Assembly (NCBI RefSeq): GCF_001194135.2 | Contig: NC_068993.1 | Coordinates: forward strand, 4,198,106-4,262,105 | Direction of reading: 5' to 3' | Length of the DNA: 64,000 nucleotides | Source of the DNA: Octopus bimaculoides | Taxonomy: Eukaryota | In this document: piece by piece, positions 39,039 to 53,210 of the stretch | How positions within the stretch are numbered: the first letter of the stretch is position 1 | How the letters are laid out: each line of letters starts with the position of its first letter | Notes under the pieces: generated by a model | Database searches by the model: none | What the model was told of the DNA's origin: nothing | Seen by the model: the letters and a program-made list of their open reading frames with translations, nothing else | Made by a program: the position numbers and the translations under genes

Positions 39039-40059
39039 TTTTACTCTCTCCCTCCCATCTCTCCCTCTCTATCATTTCATCTCTCTCACATCCCATGACC
39101 CTTCACCAACAAAGACACGCAGACAAACTTTTGCATTATTGTCAACTATATTACAACAACAACAACATCAGCAACAACAACATCAGCAACAACAACAACA
39201 ACACGATGTCCACAATGTCTTCTTGCTATCTCTGAAAAACAAAAACATTTACCAAAACAAACAAAAAAAACAACAAGACATGTTAAAATAAACTCTTTAT
39301 AACATACACATTGTGTGTGTACGAGGATGTATTTATGTATGTATATGTGTACGTGTGTATGTATATGTGTATGTGTGTATGTATATGTGTAATGTGTATG
39401 CATATGTATGAGAGTGTGTGTATGAATGTATGTATGTATATGTATATGTGTATGTATGAGTGAGTATGTGTGTATGAATGTATGTGTGGAGGTGCATGTG
39501 TGTGTGTATGAAAATGTATATATATATATATATTTGTGTATGTGTATGTATGGGTGTACACGCATATGTGCATATATGTATATGTGTGAGTGTGTGTATG
39601 CGTGTGTATGGGCATGTGCCTATATGCGTATAAGTGCATGTGTGTGCATTGTAAGTATGAATATGTATATACATGTGTGAGTGTGTGTGTGTGTGTTCTT
39701 CAAATAAACTACCAACAAAAACAATTCATTAAACATTTTAATGGATCCATTTCCAAAGAGCAAACCAACGACTGTCCTCTTCTAATCTCGTCTCTTATCG
39801 GATAAATATTCACACCAATTCCTTCCTTGGATTTCCATTTATGTTTCACATTTATATCAAGAATTTTACTTTGGCACTTCCATTTTTTTTCTTTCTTTTT
39901 CATTTGGTTTTTTTTTTTTCGCTTCAAATCTTTGCTTTTAGTATTTTTCCTATTTTCTCTTCGTCATCGTCACCGACATCATTGTTTTGTTGTTGCTGTT
40001 GTTGTGATTGGTTGACATTGCTGTTTGTTGTTGCTATTGTTGTTATTGGTGATGTCGTT

Positions 40060-40100
<41 letters not shown>

Positions 40101-40335
40101 ATTGACATGTATTGTCTTTTCCGTCATTGTTCTTGTTCTGTGGTTTTTTAAGTAAATTTTTCTCTCATATTTTTATGTTCTGTTTTGTTTCTATTGTTTT
40201 TTTTTTGTTTTTGTTTTATATTTTGATATTTGATATAAGCTGGTATGTTTTGAGTTGGACTGGCAGCACTGCTGTCTCATGTTCAACAAATTTCTTACCC
40301 CTCTCTCCCTCTGCTTTCCTATATAAACACACACA

Positions 40336-40408
<73 letters not shown>

Positions 40409-40492
40409 TATGTATACAGCCAATATACATGTGTATGTGTATACACATATATATCTTAAATATATATATATATACGTACAGATATATATGTG

Positions 40493-40569
<77 letters not shown>

Positions 40570-40689
40570 TTGTGTGTGTCTGTGTCTGTGTATATATATA
40601 TATATATTGATGTAGTTATATATATATATATATGTATATGTATATGCATATATATATATACATATGTATATGCACACATTTAGTAGATA

Positions 40690-41065
40690 TATATATGATG
40701 CATGTATGTATGTATGTGTATGTATGTGTGCGTGTATGTATGTATGTGTACATATGTATGTGCGCATGTATGTGTATTTATACATGTATGTATGCATGTG
40801 TATGTATGTATGTATTTATGTATGCATGTGTATGTATGTGTACGTATGTATGCATGTGCATGTATGTATGTATGTGTATGCATGTATGTATGTGTATGTA
40901 TGTATGTGTGTATGTATGTATTTATGTGTGCGTGTATGTATGTATATATATGTATGCGTATATGTGTTTGTGTACTTATGTATGTGTGTGCATGTATGTA
41001 TGTGCATGTATGCATGTGCATATATGTATGTGTACGTATGCGTATGTATGTATATATGTATGTGT
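40690..41065. repeat. Degenerate (TATG)n/(TG)n tract
   Basis: Read directly from the sequence. Confidence 0.9.
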
Positions 41066-41459
41066 GCGTGTATCCAGCTTGTTTTGAGCTGTGTTTCTTG
41101 TGGTTGTTAGTATTCGTATCGTATTAATGATTGCTATGTTTGTGACCAAAAGATCGTTATGTAGATGGAGAAGAACATGAAGAAGATAACAGAGGAGGTG
41201 AGAAAAAAGATGATAATGTAGGAATAAGAAGACTAAGCTGAAGAAATACGAAGTGAGATGAGAAGAAAAAGAAATTATGAAGAACAACGATGGAAAGAGG
41301 TGAAATGGCTACGAAAACTGTGAAGAAAAAGCAAGGAAGAATATTATGAAATAAATATTCATGAGAACGAACAAATTTAGTCTATCACTGTCCATTTTGT
41401 CTTTTGTAGGTTTAACAGAATCAGCAGTCCTTGATGATCTCGATGTATCGTTGCTGTTG

Positions 41460-41584
41460 TCGTTGTCATCATCATCATCATCATCATCATCACTAAAACA
41501 TCATCATCGTCATCATCATCGTCACCATCATCATCATCATCATCATCATCACTAAAACACCATCATCGTCATCATCATCGTCAC

Positions 41585-41622
<38 letters not shown>

Positions 41623-41830
41623 CTAAAGCACCATCATTATCGTCGTCATCATCATCTTCATCATCATCATCATCATCATCATCACTAAAGCACCATCATT
41701 ATCATCGTCATCATCATCTTCATCATCATCATCATTATTGTCATCATTATCATCATCATCATCATCATCGTCATCATCATTGCCATCATCATCATCATTG
41801 TCGTTGTCGTCGTCGTTGCCCTCATCATCA
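41460..41830. repeat. (CAT)n complex with four units of about 60-70 bp anchored by CACTAAA(A/G)CA
   Basis: Anchors near 41491, 41549, 41621, 41682. Confidence 0.85.
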
Positions 41831-42707
41831 TCATCTTCGTCACCAAATGACCATCATCATCACCACAACTACCACCACAACTGCCATCACAACCACCACT
41901 GTCATCATCACCACTACCACAACTGCCACTCCACCATCATTATCACCATCCTCATCATTATCACCATCATCGCGACCACCATCGTCATTGTCATCATTGT
42001 CGCTATCATGACTGTTACCACAACCACCACCACCACATTATCCTCAACAGTGTCAGCATCATCATCATCATCATCAGCTGCAACTTTGGTTTTTGGTTAT
42101 TGTGAAGGATATTACTGACGTTGTTGGCTTCTTTCTCTTCTTATATTTCTTGTTGTTGTCCACACTCTTCAAACTATTGTTGTTGTTGCCATCGTCGTCG
42201 TTGTCCATGTTGATGTCAGTGTGGTCCCCGTTGATGACAGGCACAGTTTGGAATGCTTTTAAGTGGGTTTCCTTCATCCAAGAATACTTGCTTCAACTAT
42301 TTCCCCCCATAATCTCTGACTAGTCTGACTTCATCTTAAGAGGGTGACTTTGCAGATGCCCTCTCGCTCGCTGTTGAACTGGATAACAATGTCATATACA
42401 CAGTCACATGTAAACATATACATATATGTACATTATATACAGTTCTCAACTGACATGTATATACATACATACATATATATATATACACACACACACACAC
42501 AACTAAATATCAACACAAAAGTATTAAATATAAAATATAAAATATAAAATATTTTATATATAAATATAGAAATATAGAAATATAAAATATAAAATATTTT
42601 ATATATAAATATATAAATATAAAGTATAAAATATAAAATATACAGGGGCTGAGCATAAGTATCACATCAATGTTATAATACTTAATTCATTATAAATTTT
42701 AATCTAA

Positions 42708-42780
42708 GGTCACGAGCTGGCAGAATCGTTAGCATGCCGGGTGAAATGTTTGGCAGTATTTTGTGTCATTACGTTCTGAG
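42708..42780 (+). mobile_element. SINE family 1 head fragment
   Basis: CACGAGCTGGCAGAATCGTTAGCATGCCGGGTGAAATG. Confidence 0.8.
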
Positions 42781-43724
42781 TAATGTTGTGTGTTTGTGGG
42801 TATTTACACTTTCATAGTTTGCATGAAGGTTTTTTTTTTTTTTTGTTTTTTTTTTTTGGTGGGGAAGATTCTTAAATTCAAGGGCTTGTCTGATATTAAA
42901 CATGTTTTGAGATATTTCATAAAATACAGCAAGAAAAATTCTTCCAGTATTGATCTAATTACAAAAAAAAAAAGTGTGAATTAATGAGAGGGCAACAAGA
43001 ACCTCCACAACAGATTGTGGGAAGCCTTCGGAAAGAGAGTCTGTTGACACAGTTGGTTGTGACTTGCGAGACTAACATAAATGATTGAGTCAATAGTTTT
43101 AGAATAAATATTTATTTAAATCGCTCATTATCGTGATTAGTAAAGTCAATTACTTGAATTATCCAGAAGTGAAAAAGCAACTGGACTGATAAAGGAATCA
43201 TAAAATGTCTTCAAGAGAAACAACGGCATTAGTACATAAGTGGGTTTTAAATGAAGAGTAAACAGGAAGGGTGAGAAAACATGTTGAGTGTTTTGTCAGG
43301 GGAGGATATCTATGGAAGATAACGATGGAAGAATTTATGAGAAGGATGGCAGCATTGGCAGTGAAGAAAGACCTAAGAATTGCAGAGATTCATAGATAAG
43401 ATGTCACAGTTAAGGTGATATACTGCAGACATAGCCAACGCATGTCAGAATACAATGTTGATAATGATGTTGATGTTGATATTGATGATGGTGTTGGTGG
43501 TGATTATAATTGCAATGATGGAGGATAACAATCATTAAGATGATGAAGAAAGTTATTATTATTGGCACCTGGGCCCAGCGTCGCCACAGTGGAAATCGAT
43601 AACCAAACCTAGGGGAAGTGTTTGTTTGCTGATATCATCTGTAAACGGGTTAATTTCTAAGAAATTAAACCCATTAGATTTCAGCTGGACTATTTATTAT
43701 TGCTGCCGGGAGCCATCATGCCAA

Positions 43725-43918
43725 TCAACGTAAAGTCATAAGTCGGATAGGTCATAAGTCGGATAGGTCATAAGTCGGATAGGTCATAAGTCGGATAGGT
43801 TATAAGTCGGATAGGTCATAAGTCGGATAGGTCATAAGTCGGATAGGTCATAAGTCGGATAGGTCATAAGTCGGATAGGTTATAAGTTGGATAGGTCATA
43901 AGTCGACGACGACCTGTA
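43725..43918 (-). mobile_element. pogo/Tigger-like DNA transposon terminus
   Basis: Minus strand reads TA|CAGGTCGTCGTCGACTTATGACC..., similar to Tigger-type TIRs CAG..CCTCGACTTACGA with a TA target; partner TIR not found. Confidence 0.55.
43735..43905. repeat. 16-bp minisatellite (GTCATAAGTCGGATAG) x10.7
   Basis: Ten full units plus 11 nt; units 5 and 10 share a C>T variant. Confidence 0.95.
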
Positions 43919-43954
43919 TAGTTTCCTGGTATAATATTTTCAGAGGATAAATAG

Positions 43955-44135
43955 CTTTGATCACTCAGCAATATTCTGCTTAGCATTTTGTTCAACAATG
44001 ATGTGGAAATGAAGACCTGGTTCCCTGAATTCTTTGAAGCAAGACCTGGGGATGTCTATCAGGAAGGCATTGATAAGAGAGTGGAACTTTACTAAGAAGT
44101 CGTGAACAATGGAGGAGAATATGTATTAGTGAATG
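43955..44135 (+). pseudogene. mariner transposase C-terminal relic
   Basis: SLSNILLSILFNNDVEMKTWFPEFFEARPGDVYQEGIDKRVELY*EVVNNGGEY matches the mariner C-terminus (F.N..E...W...FF......Y..GI..L..RW..VV...GEY); in-frame stop. Confidence 0.85.
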
Positions 44136-44441
44136 ATTTGTTAAAAGTGTTGGCAGGGGGGGAAAAAAAGGATTAAAAGAAATGGAAACAAATCAAAAAA
44201 ATTATTTGACAGCCGAATATATAATGTTTACACATGAATGTATACATGTAAGTGTGTGTGTGTGTATGTACAGATATATATGTATACATACATGTATGTG
44301 TGTGTGTATATATATATATATACNNNNNNNNNNNNNNNNNNNNNNNNNNNNNNNNNNNNNNNNNNNNNNNNNNNNNNNNNNNNNNNNNNNNNNNNNNNNN
44401 NNNNNNNNNNNNNNNGTATGTATATATAGGTGTATATATAT

Positions 44442-44549
44442 GGGAGAATGTACGAAAAAAACAACAACAGACGAGGACAGGTGGTGTAAACAACAAAAGG
44501 ATGTATTAGTATGACGCTCGGGAATACGAAAAGTCTTTAACGTTTCGAG
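44442..44549 (-). mobile_element. Family B repeat with hammerhead 3' half
   Basis: Minus strand CTC-GAAA-CGTT-AAAGAC...GAGCGTCATACTAATACATCC...TTCTCCC; TA tracts on both sides. Confidence 0.65.
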
Positions 44550-44577
44550 TTTATATGTATGTATGTATGTATGTATG

Positions 44578-44608
<31 letters not shown>

Positions 44609-45200
44609 TTATAATATATGTGTGTGCATATATATACGTGTGTGTATGTATGTACATGTCTATATCTATATGTATGTAAGTATGTATGTATGTATTTATG
44701 TATGTAAACATATGTATATATATGTACATACATTCACACACATGTACACAAACAAACACACACAAACACATGCACATGTGCTCAATAAATACATACCTAT
44801 CTATATATATATATATACATGAATATATCCTAGTTCTTCATTACCTCAAATCTCCCTCGCAATGCAAAACAAAATGATGAAAATTAAAGGAACCATTAAC
44901 TGTCTCTCATCTGTGACACAAGCCCTTCCTTACATTATCTTCTTCATCTTTACTTCCTCCTCTACCTCCTCCCCTCGCCTTTCCTCCTTCTCTTTGCTCA
45001 TTAAATTCTCTTCACTTGTGCCCATCCCTCCTCTGTTAATATCACCCACACAGACCAGGTCTTTGTTTTATCATCACTTTGTTTTTTACTGGTCGTTTGT
45101 ATTCTAATTGCACTTTCTGTAACTGCACCACCCCATTACACCCACACACCCAAAGACACTGAGTATATCTCTCACTCTTTCTCTCTCTTGATATACATAC

Positions 45201-45264
<64 letters not shown>

Positions 45265-45327
45265 GCATACATAAATACACAGACACATACAAGCATATAT
45301 ACATGTGTGTGTGTATATATATATATG

Positions 45328-45362
<35 letters not shown>

Positions 45363-45510
45363 ACCTTTCTACATCTCTCAAATGCAGAAATGATATAATA
45401 TCTATATATACATATATATATACAATATTAACAATAAGGATTACAAATATATATATATATATTTATAATTCATGTCTATACGTATATACTTATATCCCTA
45501 CATATTTAAA

Positions 45511-45542
<32 letters not shown>

Positions 45543-45914
45543 TGTGTGTGTGTGTGCGTGTGAGAGAGAGAGAGAGAGAGTGTGTGTGTGTGTGTGTGTA
45601 TCTCTGCCTTGCTAAGAATGCATTCCTTGCCACCATCTCAGAAAAAGACCCTGTCTTTCTTATCTGTTACATCTTCATTTCACTACAGACAGTGTCTGTG
45701 TGTCATGGAGCCAGCTGCTAGCATATTTCTGACAATTTACAGCTTTTTGATGTGGAAAATACCATTAATTTAGAAGAAGGAAATGGAGAGAAAAAATACA
45801 AATATATAAATATATAAACATACAAATATATAAATATATAAATATAAAGGCCTGTATGGAGAGGGAGGTGGGAAGAGGGTTTGTGGCTTGGAAGATATAT
45901 GCATAATAATAATA

Positions 45915-46110
45915 CTTTCAAATTCTAGCGGGGAGGCTATCAATTTCTTGGGAGGGGGCTGTTCATTACCTCAGCACCAGTTCTCAACTGGTACTTATTC
46001 TATTGACCCCAAAAGGATGAAGACAAAGTCAACCATGGTGGAATATGAACTCAGAATATGAAGACTGCCAAAACGGTCCAGTGTGCAAACAATTCTGCTA
46101 GTCCAACACC
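45915..46110 (-). mobile_element. SINE family 1, CpG-depleted
   Basis: ACTGGTACTTATT...GACCCCAAAAGGATGAAGACAAAGTCAACC...GAACTCAGAATATG. Confidence 0.8.
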
Positions 46111-46388
46111 GAAAACATATAACTCATCCATACTTTGTATTTTATTATAGTTCTTTTTAGTGTATTTACTTATTAAATTTTGTCTATATGTGACTGTGGA
46201 TTCTCATGGATGAGTTCAGGAATTGTGGTTCTTTTCTCTAAATTATATATTTATATATCATATACCGTGAAACTTAATTTAATTTTAATTTTTGATAAAT
46301 TAAATTAAATTGAGTTTTTTCCTGTAAATATGGATTTTTATCCCTTATAGTATTATCATAATTATATATATATATAGAGAGAGAGAGA

Positions 46389-46428
<40 letters not shown>

Positions 46429-46580
46429 GGTAGTTATGGCCAGTTGATACAGTTACCCAGGGTTTTATACCCATAAAGTGCTTAGCTTTACATAGGTCTC
46501 ATCAGATCCAAATGGCCAGTGACCTATGACCTCTCTTCAAAATGGAAGGACAAAAGGCTTCGTGGCTACTTTTTGATATG

Positions 46581-46611
<31 letters not shown>

Positions 46612-47904
46612 GTCTAGAGAGGGTTATGCCAATGAAAATTAAATGTGCATATACATACATGTGTGTGTGTGTATATATATATCTATATATACACATATAG
46701 ATGTATATATGTGTGTGTGTGTAAATGTATATGTATATATCTATGGATGTATAGGTGTGTGCATGTGTGTACACACGCATGTGTATTAGTATGGTAGCAG
46801 ACTAGTATTAATCTTTGGTGATGGGCAAGAAGGAAGAAGATGGTTGGGAGCAGAGGAAGGGTGGGAGGAGACGGAGGAGGGGGAGTAGGGTGGTAAAGTA
46901 ATTGGGATTTACTTCTCAATTTGTTATCCAATTAACAATATATATAATTCAATTTAAAGTTTTGTTTACCTTTCTTTTTTTCCACGTGTTTATTTTTATT
47001 TCAGGCTGTTATAATTGGCGTAGGAACATGACAACTGGGAGAATAGAGAAAGCGACAGATAGAACAGGCATGGAAACAAATAAAGAAGTAAAGACAAAAG
47101 ACAGAGACAATGGAAGAAAGAAAGAAAAGGGGAAACAAGAAGGAATGCAAAGCTAAAAGCATGAAAAAAAGACGCTCAGTTTTGTGCTAATTCTTGTATA
47201 TTTTCATCATCTTAAAAGAGATTAAAGTAGAATTCTATGAGGAATGCTTACAGAAGAGGTTCTTTCAGAAAATTAGTCGGCTAAAAACAGCTTAGGTATA
47301 TATTATCTTCTGTTTATTTTTTTCTTTTCTTTTATGTTTTCACAGAGTTTAAAGTAAGACATCTTTTCATGATAGTGAAAGGATTTAGATAAAGAACCAG
47401 GTTGTGTATGTGTGTGCGTGTGTATGTGTGTGTGTGTGTGTGTGTATATATACATACATACATATATATATAAGTAGATATGTACACACACACAAATACA
47501 CACATACACACGGAGAAAAGAGAGAGATCTGTTTAGTTGCAAAGAAAGTCCTTTTGCATTTCACGATGGAAAAAAACAAATTCTTCTCTGATCTTAATTG
47601 ATATAATTTAAGGAAGATAATATTTCTCCTCATTATGGACAACATACTCCTATCTCTTTGGCACATTGTTGATTCCTTGAGCAAAAAAGTTCTTCAGATT
47701 TCGAAGCATATAAACTCTTAATATCAGTTTTAACCTTCACAATCAGTAAAAGACTTTTCCATCCAAATAAGTGGTTCCCAACCATTTTTTTTTTTTTAAT
47801 CTATGGACCGTTTTGATTCTTATTTTACTCCAGTAGACCCCCATAGCCAATCAATGTTTTGGAAATCCTATTGCTCTTATTTAATTAAATATATTATTAG
47901 GAAT

Positions 47905-48111
47905 AATCATTATTTACATTATTTACATTTGATGGATATTTGTCCTCATCTTGTTTGTTGTTAACACAATGTTTCGGCTGATATACCTTCCAGCTTTCAT
48001 CAGGTGTCTTGGGGAAATTTCAAACCTGGGTTCTCATTCCTAAGGTAGTGGCTAAGCGTGCAGGCTACTAATCTCAAGATTCCGAGTTCGATTCCAGGCA
48101 GTGACCTGAAC

Positions 48112-48143
<32 letters not shown>
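47905..48143 (-). mobile_element. Family A element with inverted tRNA head, copy 2
   Basis: Tail with hammerhead on the minus strand (47963-48008) joined at GTA to the head on the plus strand (48045-48143; B box GAGTTCGATTCC at 48084-48095). Confidence 0.8.
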
Positions 48144-48144
<1 letters not shown>

Positions 48145-48525
48145 TCTGGGGAGTGGGTAGTCAACTAGATCAATCCCAATGTTTAATGGTACTTATTTTA
48201 TTGACCCCGAAAGGATGAAGGGCAAAGTCAACCTTAGCAGAATTTGAACTCAGAACATAGAGACAGATGAAATGCCATCATTTCTTTTGCTTGGCTAAAA
48301 CTTCTTCCACTTTGCTGCCTTCCAATTTACCCACATTATTAATTTCAAATTCTGGTACAAGGCTAGCACAAGTTTGAGGGAGGAGGGAAGTCAATTACAT
48401 TGACTCCCCCACCCCCACACCGAAAGGATGGAAGACAAATATGACCTCAGTGGAATTTGAACCCAGAACATAAACAGGGAGGAAATGCCCAGTGGGTTAA
48501 CAGTTCTGCCAACTCACTGCCACCC
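48145..48525 (-). mobile_element. Two tandem family 1 SINEs; the second has a 15-bp TSD
   Basis: TTTACCCACATTATT (48326-48340) and TTTACCCATATTATT (48527-48541) flank the second copy. Confidence 0.8.
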
Positions 48526-48879
48526 ATTTACCCATATTATTGCCGCCCTTTTACGCTACCAGTGATAAGGGTACAAGCCTGCAACCTCCCAAATGGGAGG
48601 AATGAAATGTCTTGTCTTGATCCTTTCATTGAATGATAACAGTAAGTTCAAATATGGTAGGTGTGTGTGTATGTGAGGGAAAGGAAGAGATTGATGAAGA
48701 TAGAGAGAGAGAAAGAGAAGGACAAAGATGAAAAGAATGAACAACATAAAGAGAGAGAGAGAGAGAGAGAGTGGTGATGTTAAGAGCGGGGATGGTGGGG
48801 GACAATTAAATAAGAGGAGAATGAAAGACAATAAATCTTAAATTCTGTTAATGTTGTACATTGTGATAACTGTGAGGAA

Positions 48880-49286
48880 GTCGGGTGGGGGGGCAATGAT
48901 GAAGATGAGAGATGTGGTGTGGATGCCAGCAGTTGGAGACATGTTGTATGGGCGACGGTGGTGATAGTGGTAGTGTTGGCGGCGGCGGCGGTGGTTGTGG
49001 TGGTGGTGGTGGTGGTTGTCATCGTGGTCATCCTGGTGATGTTGGCGGAGACGGTGTGTACATTGATGATTATGATTGTTGGTAGGTATGGAAGATGTAC
49101 TGATACCGTTGCTGCTGCTACTGATGATGATGCTGTTGACGATGGTGATGACGATGATGATGATGAAGACGACAACGACGACGACGACGATGGTGGTGCT
49201 GGTAGGGGTTGCTTGATGAAGGTGATATTTTGAAGGTAGTGATCATGACGACGATGGTGGTGGTGGCTGTTTGGTGATGTCAATGG

Positions 49287-49322
<36 letters not shown>

Positions 49323-49400
49323 CGATGATGACGATGATGACGATGATGACGATGATGACGATGATGCCACTGCTGCTGCCACCAACAACAGTGTCAACCA
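48880..49400. repeat. GGT/GAT/GAC triplet mosaic
   Basis: Read directly from the sequence. Confidence 0.9.
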
Positions 49401-50102
49401 GGAGGACTCAAGGATATCTTTCACAATTACCATGATAAATGACAGTCATAAATAGGATGTCATCTTAACAGACTGAGGAACACCATCACCTTACCCCTAC
49501 AGATAACATTAATTACAACCACCACCACCAACGTCACCACCATCTTCTGAGAACTGTGGTCAGCATTAATTATCAGTCTATATAAATGGTTTTCTGAGCA
49601 AGTTTCTTGTCAAAGGAATCCATGAGATTCTTACTGTTGAAGAAAGATTGGGAAGTGCTGTGGAGAGGGAAAGCCGCCCTCTAAATAGAGTCGTTTGACA
49701 TTTACATTACCGCCATAAACCAAAGACAAATGCCGCCAGTAAGAATTTGTGTGGATTTCAGCTGCTTACTTCATTAGCAGATAGACAATCTCAAATGATA
49801 AATAGATCCAGTTGATATATATTGAAGGGGTTTCTGTTGGGAAGGTTTGGACCTGCGAAATTTATAATCTATAGAGGTGTTGATTGTGAATTCAAGCTTG
49901 GCTTGACTTCAGGCTCAGTCAGTGTATACACACATGTATGTACATATGTGTGTGTATACATGTGTGTGCTTGTGTTTACGTATGTGTCCATGTATTTGTG
50001 TGCATGTACAGCTATGCTCGTACTTATACATGTATTACTTGAATAAATGTCCAGAGAGTGCTTATGTTTGTATACGTATGTATACACACTTGTATGTATG
50101 TT

Positions 50103-50133
<31 letters not shown>

Positions 50134-50412
50134 ATGCACACGCATGTTTATCTATGGACAGTACACAAAATCTACTCATTTATACATACACGCATACACA
50201 TATGCACACGTGGACACATGAATCTATGTATCTGTATATGTATGTATGTGTGTATGTATGTATGTACATACGTATATATGTATGCATCTATGTACTGTGT
50301 ATGTATGTCATTAGTTTTATTTCAAGATTTCTTGCTAATAGAGAAAGAGCTGGTTTCTAACCTAGATCCAAGGCTCCTTCATTGGAATTTCAATGTCAAA
50401 AGGGTATTTTTG

Positions 50413-50466
<54 letters not shown>

Positions 50467-51065
50467 CAGATTTGTATGTTTTGCTGTATGTATGTATGTA
50501 CATTTACAGCAACAAGGTCAGCTGATCAGAATTTAAAATAGTATTCTCTGTTTTCTAACTCAATGCAACATTATGTTTACTTAACAATTAATTACAGCTA
50601 ATTGATTAGTTCATCCACAGCTAAGAACCTTTTGAGACTCTTTATCATGGTACATTACCATTTACTAGTCATGCTAATTTATTAAACTGTCAATTAATGG
50701 TAACTGATAACTCTACTTCATCCGTTCACCAGAATCTTCTGTCTGTCTTAGACTTGTTACCTTACGATTAATTAGTTATATTAGCTCATTTAATCATTAA
50801 TTATGCCTAATTGATTACTCTTGTGTAGCCCCATACCAGACTCTATTGGCTGCGTCTTAGACTGGTTCCTTACCATAGAATCTTGTCTCTCAGTCTTATT
50901 CCAAGCTGTGTTTGATGTCTCATGTGTATAAATCACACAATCCCATATTAAACTCATTCTACTCTGTGTATCCACCACAATCCAATGCAAATAATAAAAT
51001 GTGAAAATCAGATGAAGTTGGAACTTCATTGATCAATATATTCTATGCACAATCATACAAACTCT

Positions 51066-51103
<38 letters not shown>

Positions 51104-51256
51104 NNNNNNNNNNNNNNNNNNNNNNNNNNNNNNNNNNNNNNNNNNNNNNNNNNNNNNNNNNNNNNNNNNNNNNNNNNNNNNNNNNNNNNNNNNNNNNNNN
51201 NNNNNNNNNNNNNNNNNNNNNNNNNNNNNNNNNNNNNNNNNNNNNNNNNNNNNNNN

Positions 51257-51306
<50 letters not shown>

Positions 51307-52650
51307 GTAGATAGATAGATATGTTTCTTTATTAACCACACAGAGCTGAACACAGAGGGGACAAAATACAAAGTAGAGCTTTTCTTTTTGGGAAGAGAAA
51401 AGAAAAGGGGGGGGGCGGTAGAATTTCGATCAAAAGGGATTATGGAAAGAAGGAAAAAGAAAAAAAAAAGAAGAAAGCTGATCAATAGGTATCGTGTATT
51501 ACAGAAATGTAATACAGATGCCACAATGGAGGCCTCAGTGTGGTCATTAATTTGGTATAAATAGCAGACAACTCTCATTCAGATCATACCCAATTGTCTT
51601 GTGAATCTCATGTATGTCTATATGTTTAAGACTACGAAGCCCTCAATGTGATTAGTCAACCTGCTATAAATAGTAGCTCAATTTCCCTCAGATCACTTGC
51701 TCTTGTCTCTCGGTAGAAAAGCTTAAATACCGTAGCCCAGGGCTCATTGTAAATATGAAAACCTATGAAATGGTTACGGCTGCAAAGTCTTTTACCCTGG
51801 TTCTGTTTGATCACGATTGTCCTGAGTCTTAACAACAACAACTAAAACAACTATTCCTACCCTGACCATCACTACAGTCATTGCAATTGCTATCTTGTCC
51901 AATGCCGCCATCACCTATCCTGCCCAGACGTTAACTACTTCTGCAGCCAGTTCCACTCCTTCCTTTCATGGCCCCCACCTACAACTACTATTTCACTATA
52001 GCTCTTGCAACTAGCATCACCCGCATCACCAAAATTATCTTCACCAGCATCACTAACCCAAATCATCATCACAAGCATCATCATTATTGCCAAGTCCATC
52101 ATCATCATCAACAACATCATCATCAACATCATCACCACCACACAACTGACAGAACACGTTTGATGTGGAAAAAGAAATACGATGTTCTTACATTGATTGA
52201 AAGCTACAGCTGCCTATATGTATATACATGCATACGTGTATATATATACATACATATAGACACATATGTATGTAAATATATATATATGTATATGTATATA
52301 TATAAATGTACATCATCATCATCATCATCATCATCGTTTAAACATATATATGTATATATATGTATGTATGTATATGTATATATGTAGTAAATGTATATAC
52401 ATACATAGTAAATATACGCATGTATGTGTGTGTGTGTGTGCGAATGAGGGGTGGGATGTTTATATGGAAGGCCTCGACTAAATAAGTTAAGACATCGTAA
52501 AAGACAAAATAATTTGAATTCAATTACAGGACCCAGCTGTCTGCTTATATTGGCTGACGTTGCCTTACATGGACATTTGACATCTTTCAACTCATCAACG
52601 AAGAGGCTCTCGTGTTTATACGCACACATATACATGCATATATATATATA

Positions 52651-52706
<56 letters not shown>

Positions 52707-52818
52707 GATAGAAAGATAGCTAGGTAGATAGATGTGTCTACATATGTGTGTGTGTATACAAACACATCCATGGAAATACCGGAATTATCCATATATATAT
52801 ACATATGCAGATACATAT

Positions 52819-52856
<38 letters not shown>

Positions 52857-52948
52857 TTTTTTAGATTTGCTTAAATTTCTTTTACCTTAGTTCTGTTTAA
52901 TCATGTTTGACGTGAGCCTTAACCACAACTACAACAACCATTCCTACC

Positions 52949-53015
52949 ATTTGAACCTGGGTTCTCATTCCTAAGGTATTTTTCTATGTTATTATTATTA
53001 TTAATATTATTGTTG

Positions 53016-53114
<99 letters not shown>

Positions 53115-53210
53115 TCATTGCTTGGAATAATATCGACACCTGATGATGGCTGGAGGGTATATTAGTCGAAACGTTGTGTTAACAAACAAGATGAGGACAA
53201 ATATCCATCA
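52949..53210 (+). mobile_element. Family A element with 5' inversion, copy 3
   Basis: Inverted middle part with expanded (ATT)n (52949-53128), followed by the sense tail starting at GACAC. Confidence 0.85.
53135..53180 (+). ncRNA. Minimal type I hammerhead ribozyme motif (family A, best preserved)
   Basis: GACAC-CTGATGA-T-GGCTG(loop 10)TAGTC-GAAA-CGT-T-GTGTT; helix II closes with G-U wobbles, helix III is the palindrome ACGU, predicted triplet GUU. Confidence 0.75.

Noticed and set aside
43735-43905. Regular array as a possible CRISPR
   Set aside because: Head-to-tail units with no unique spacers, in a eukaryotic context.
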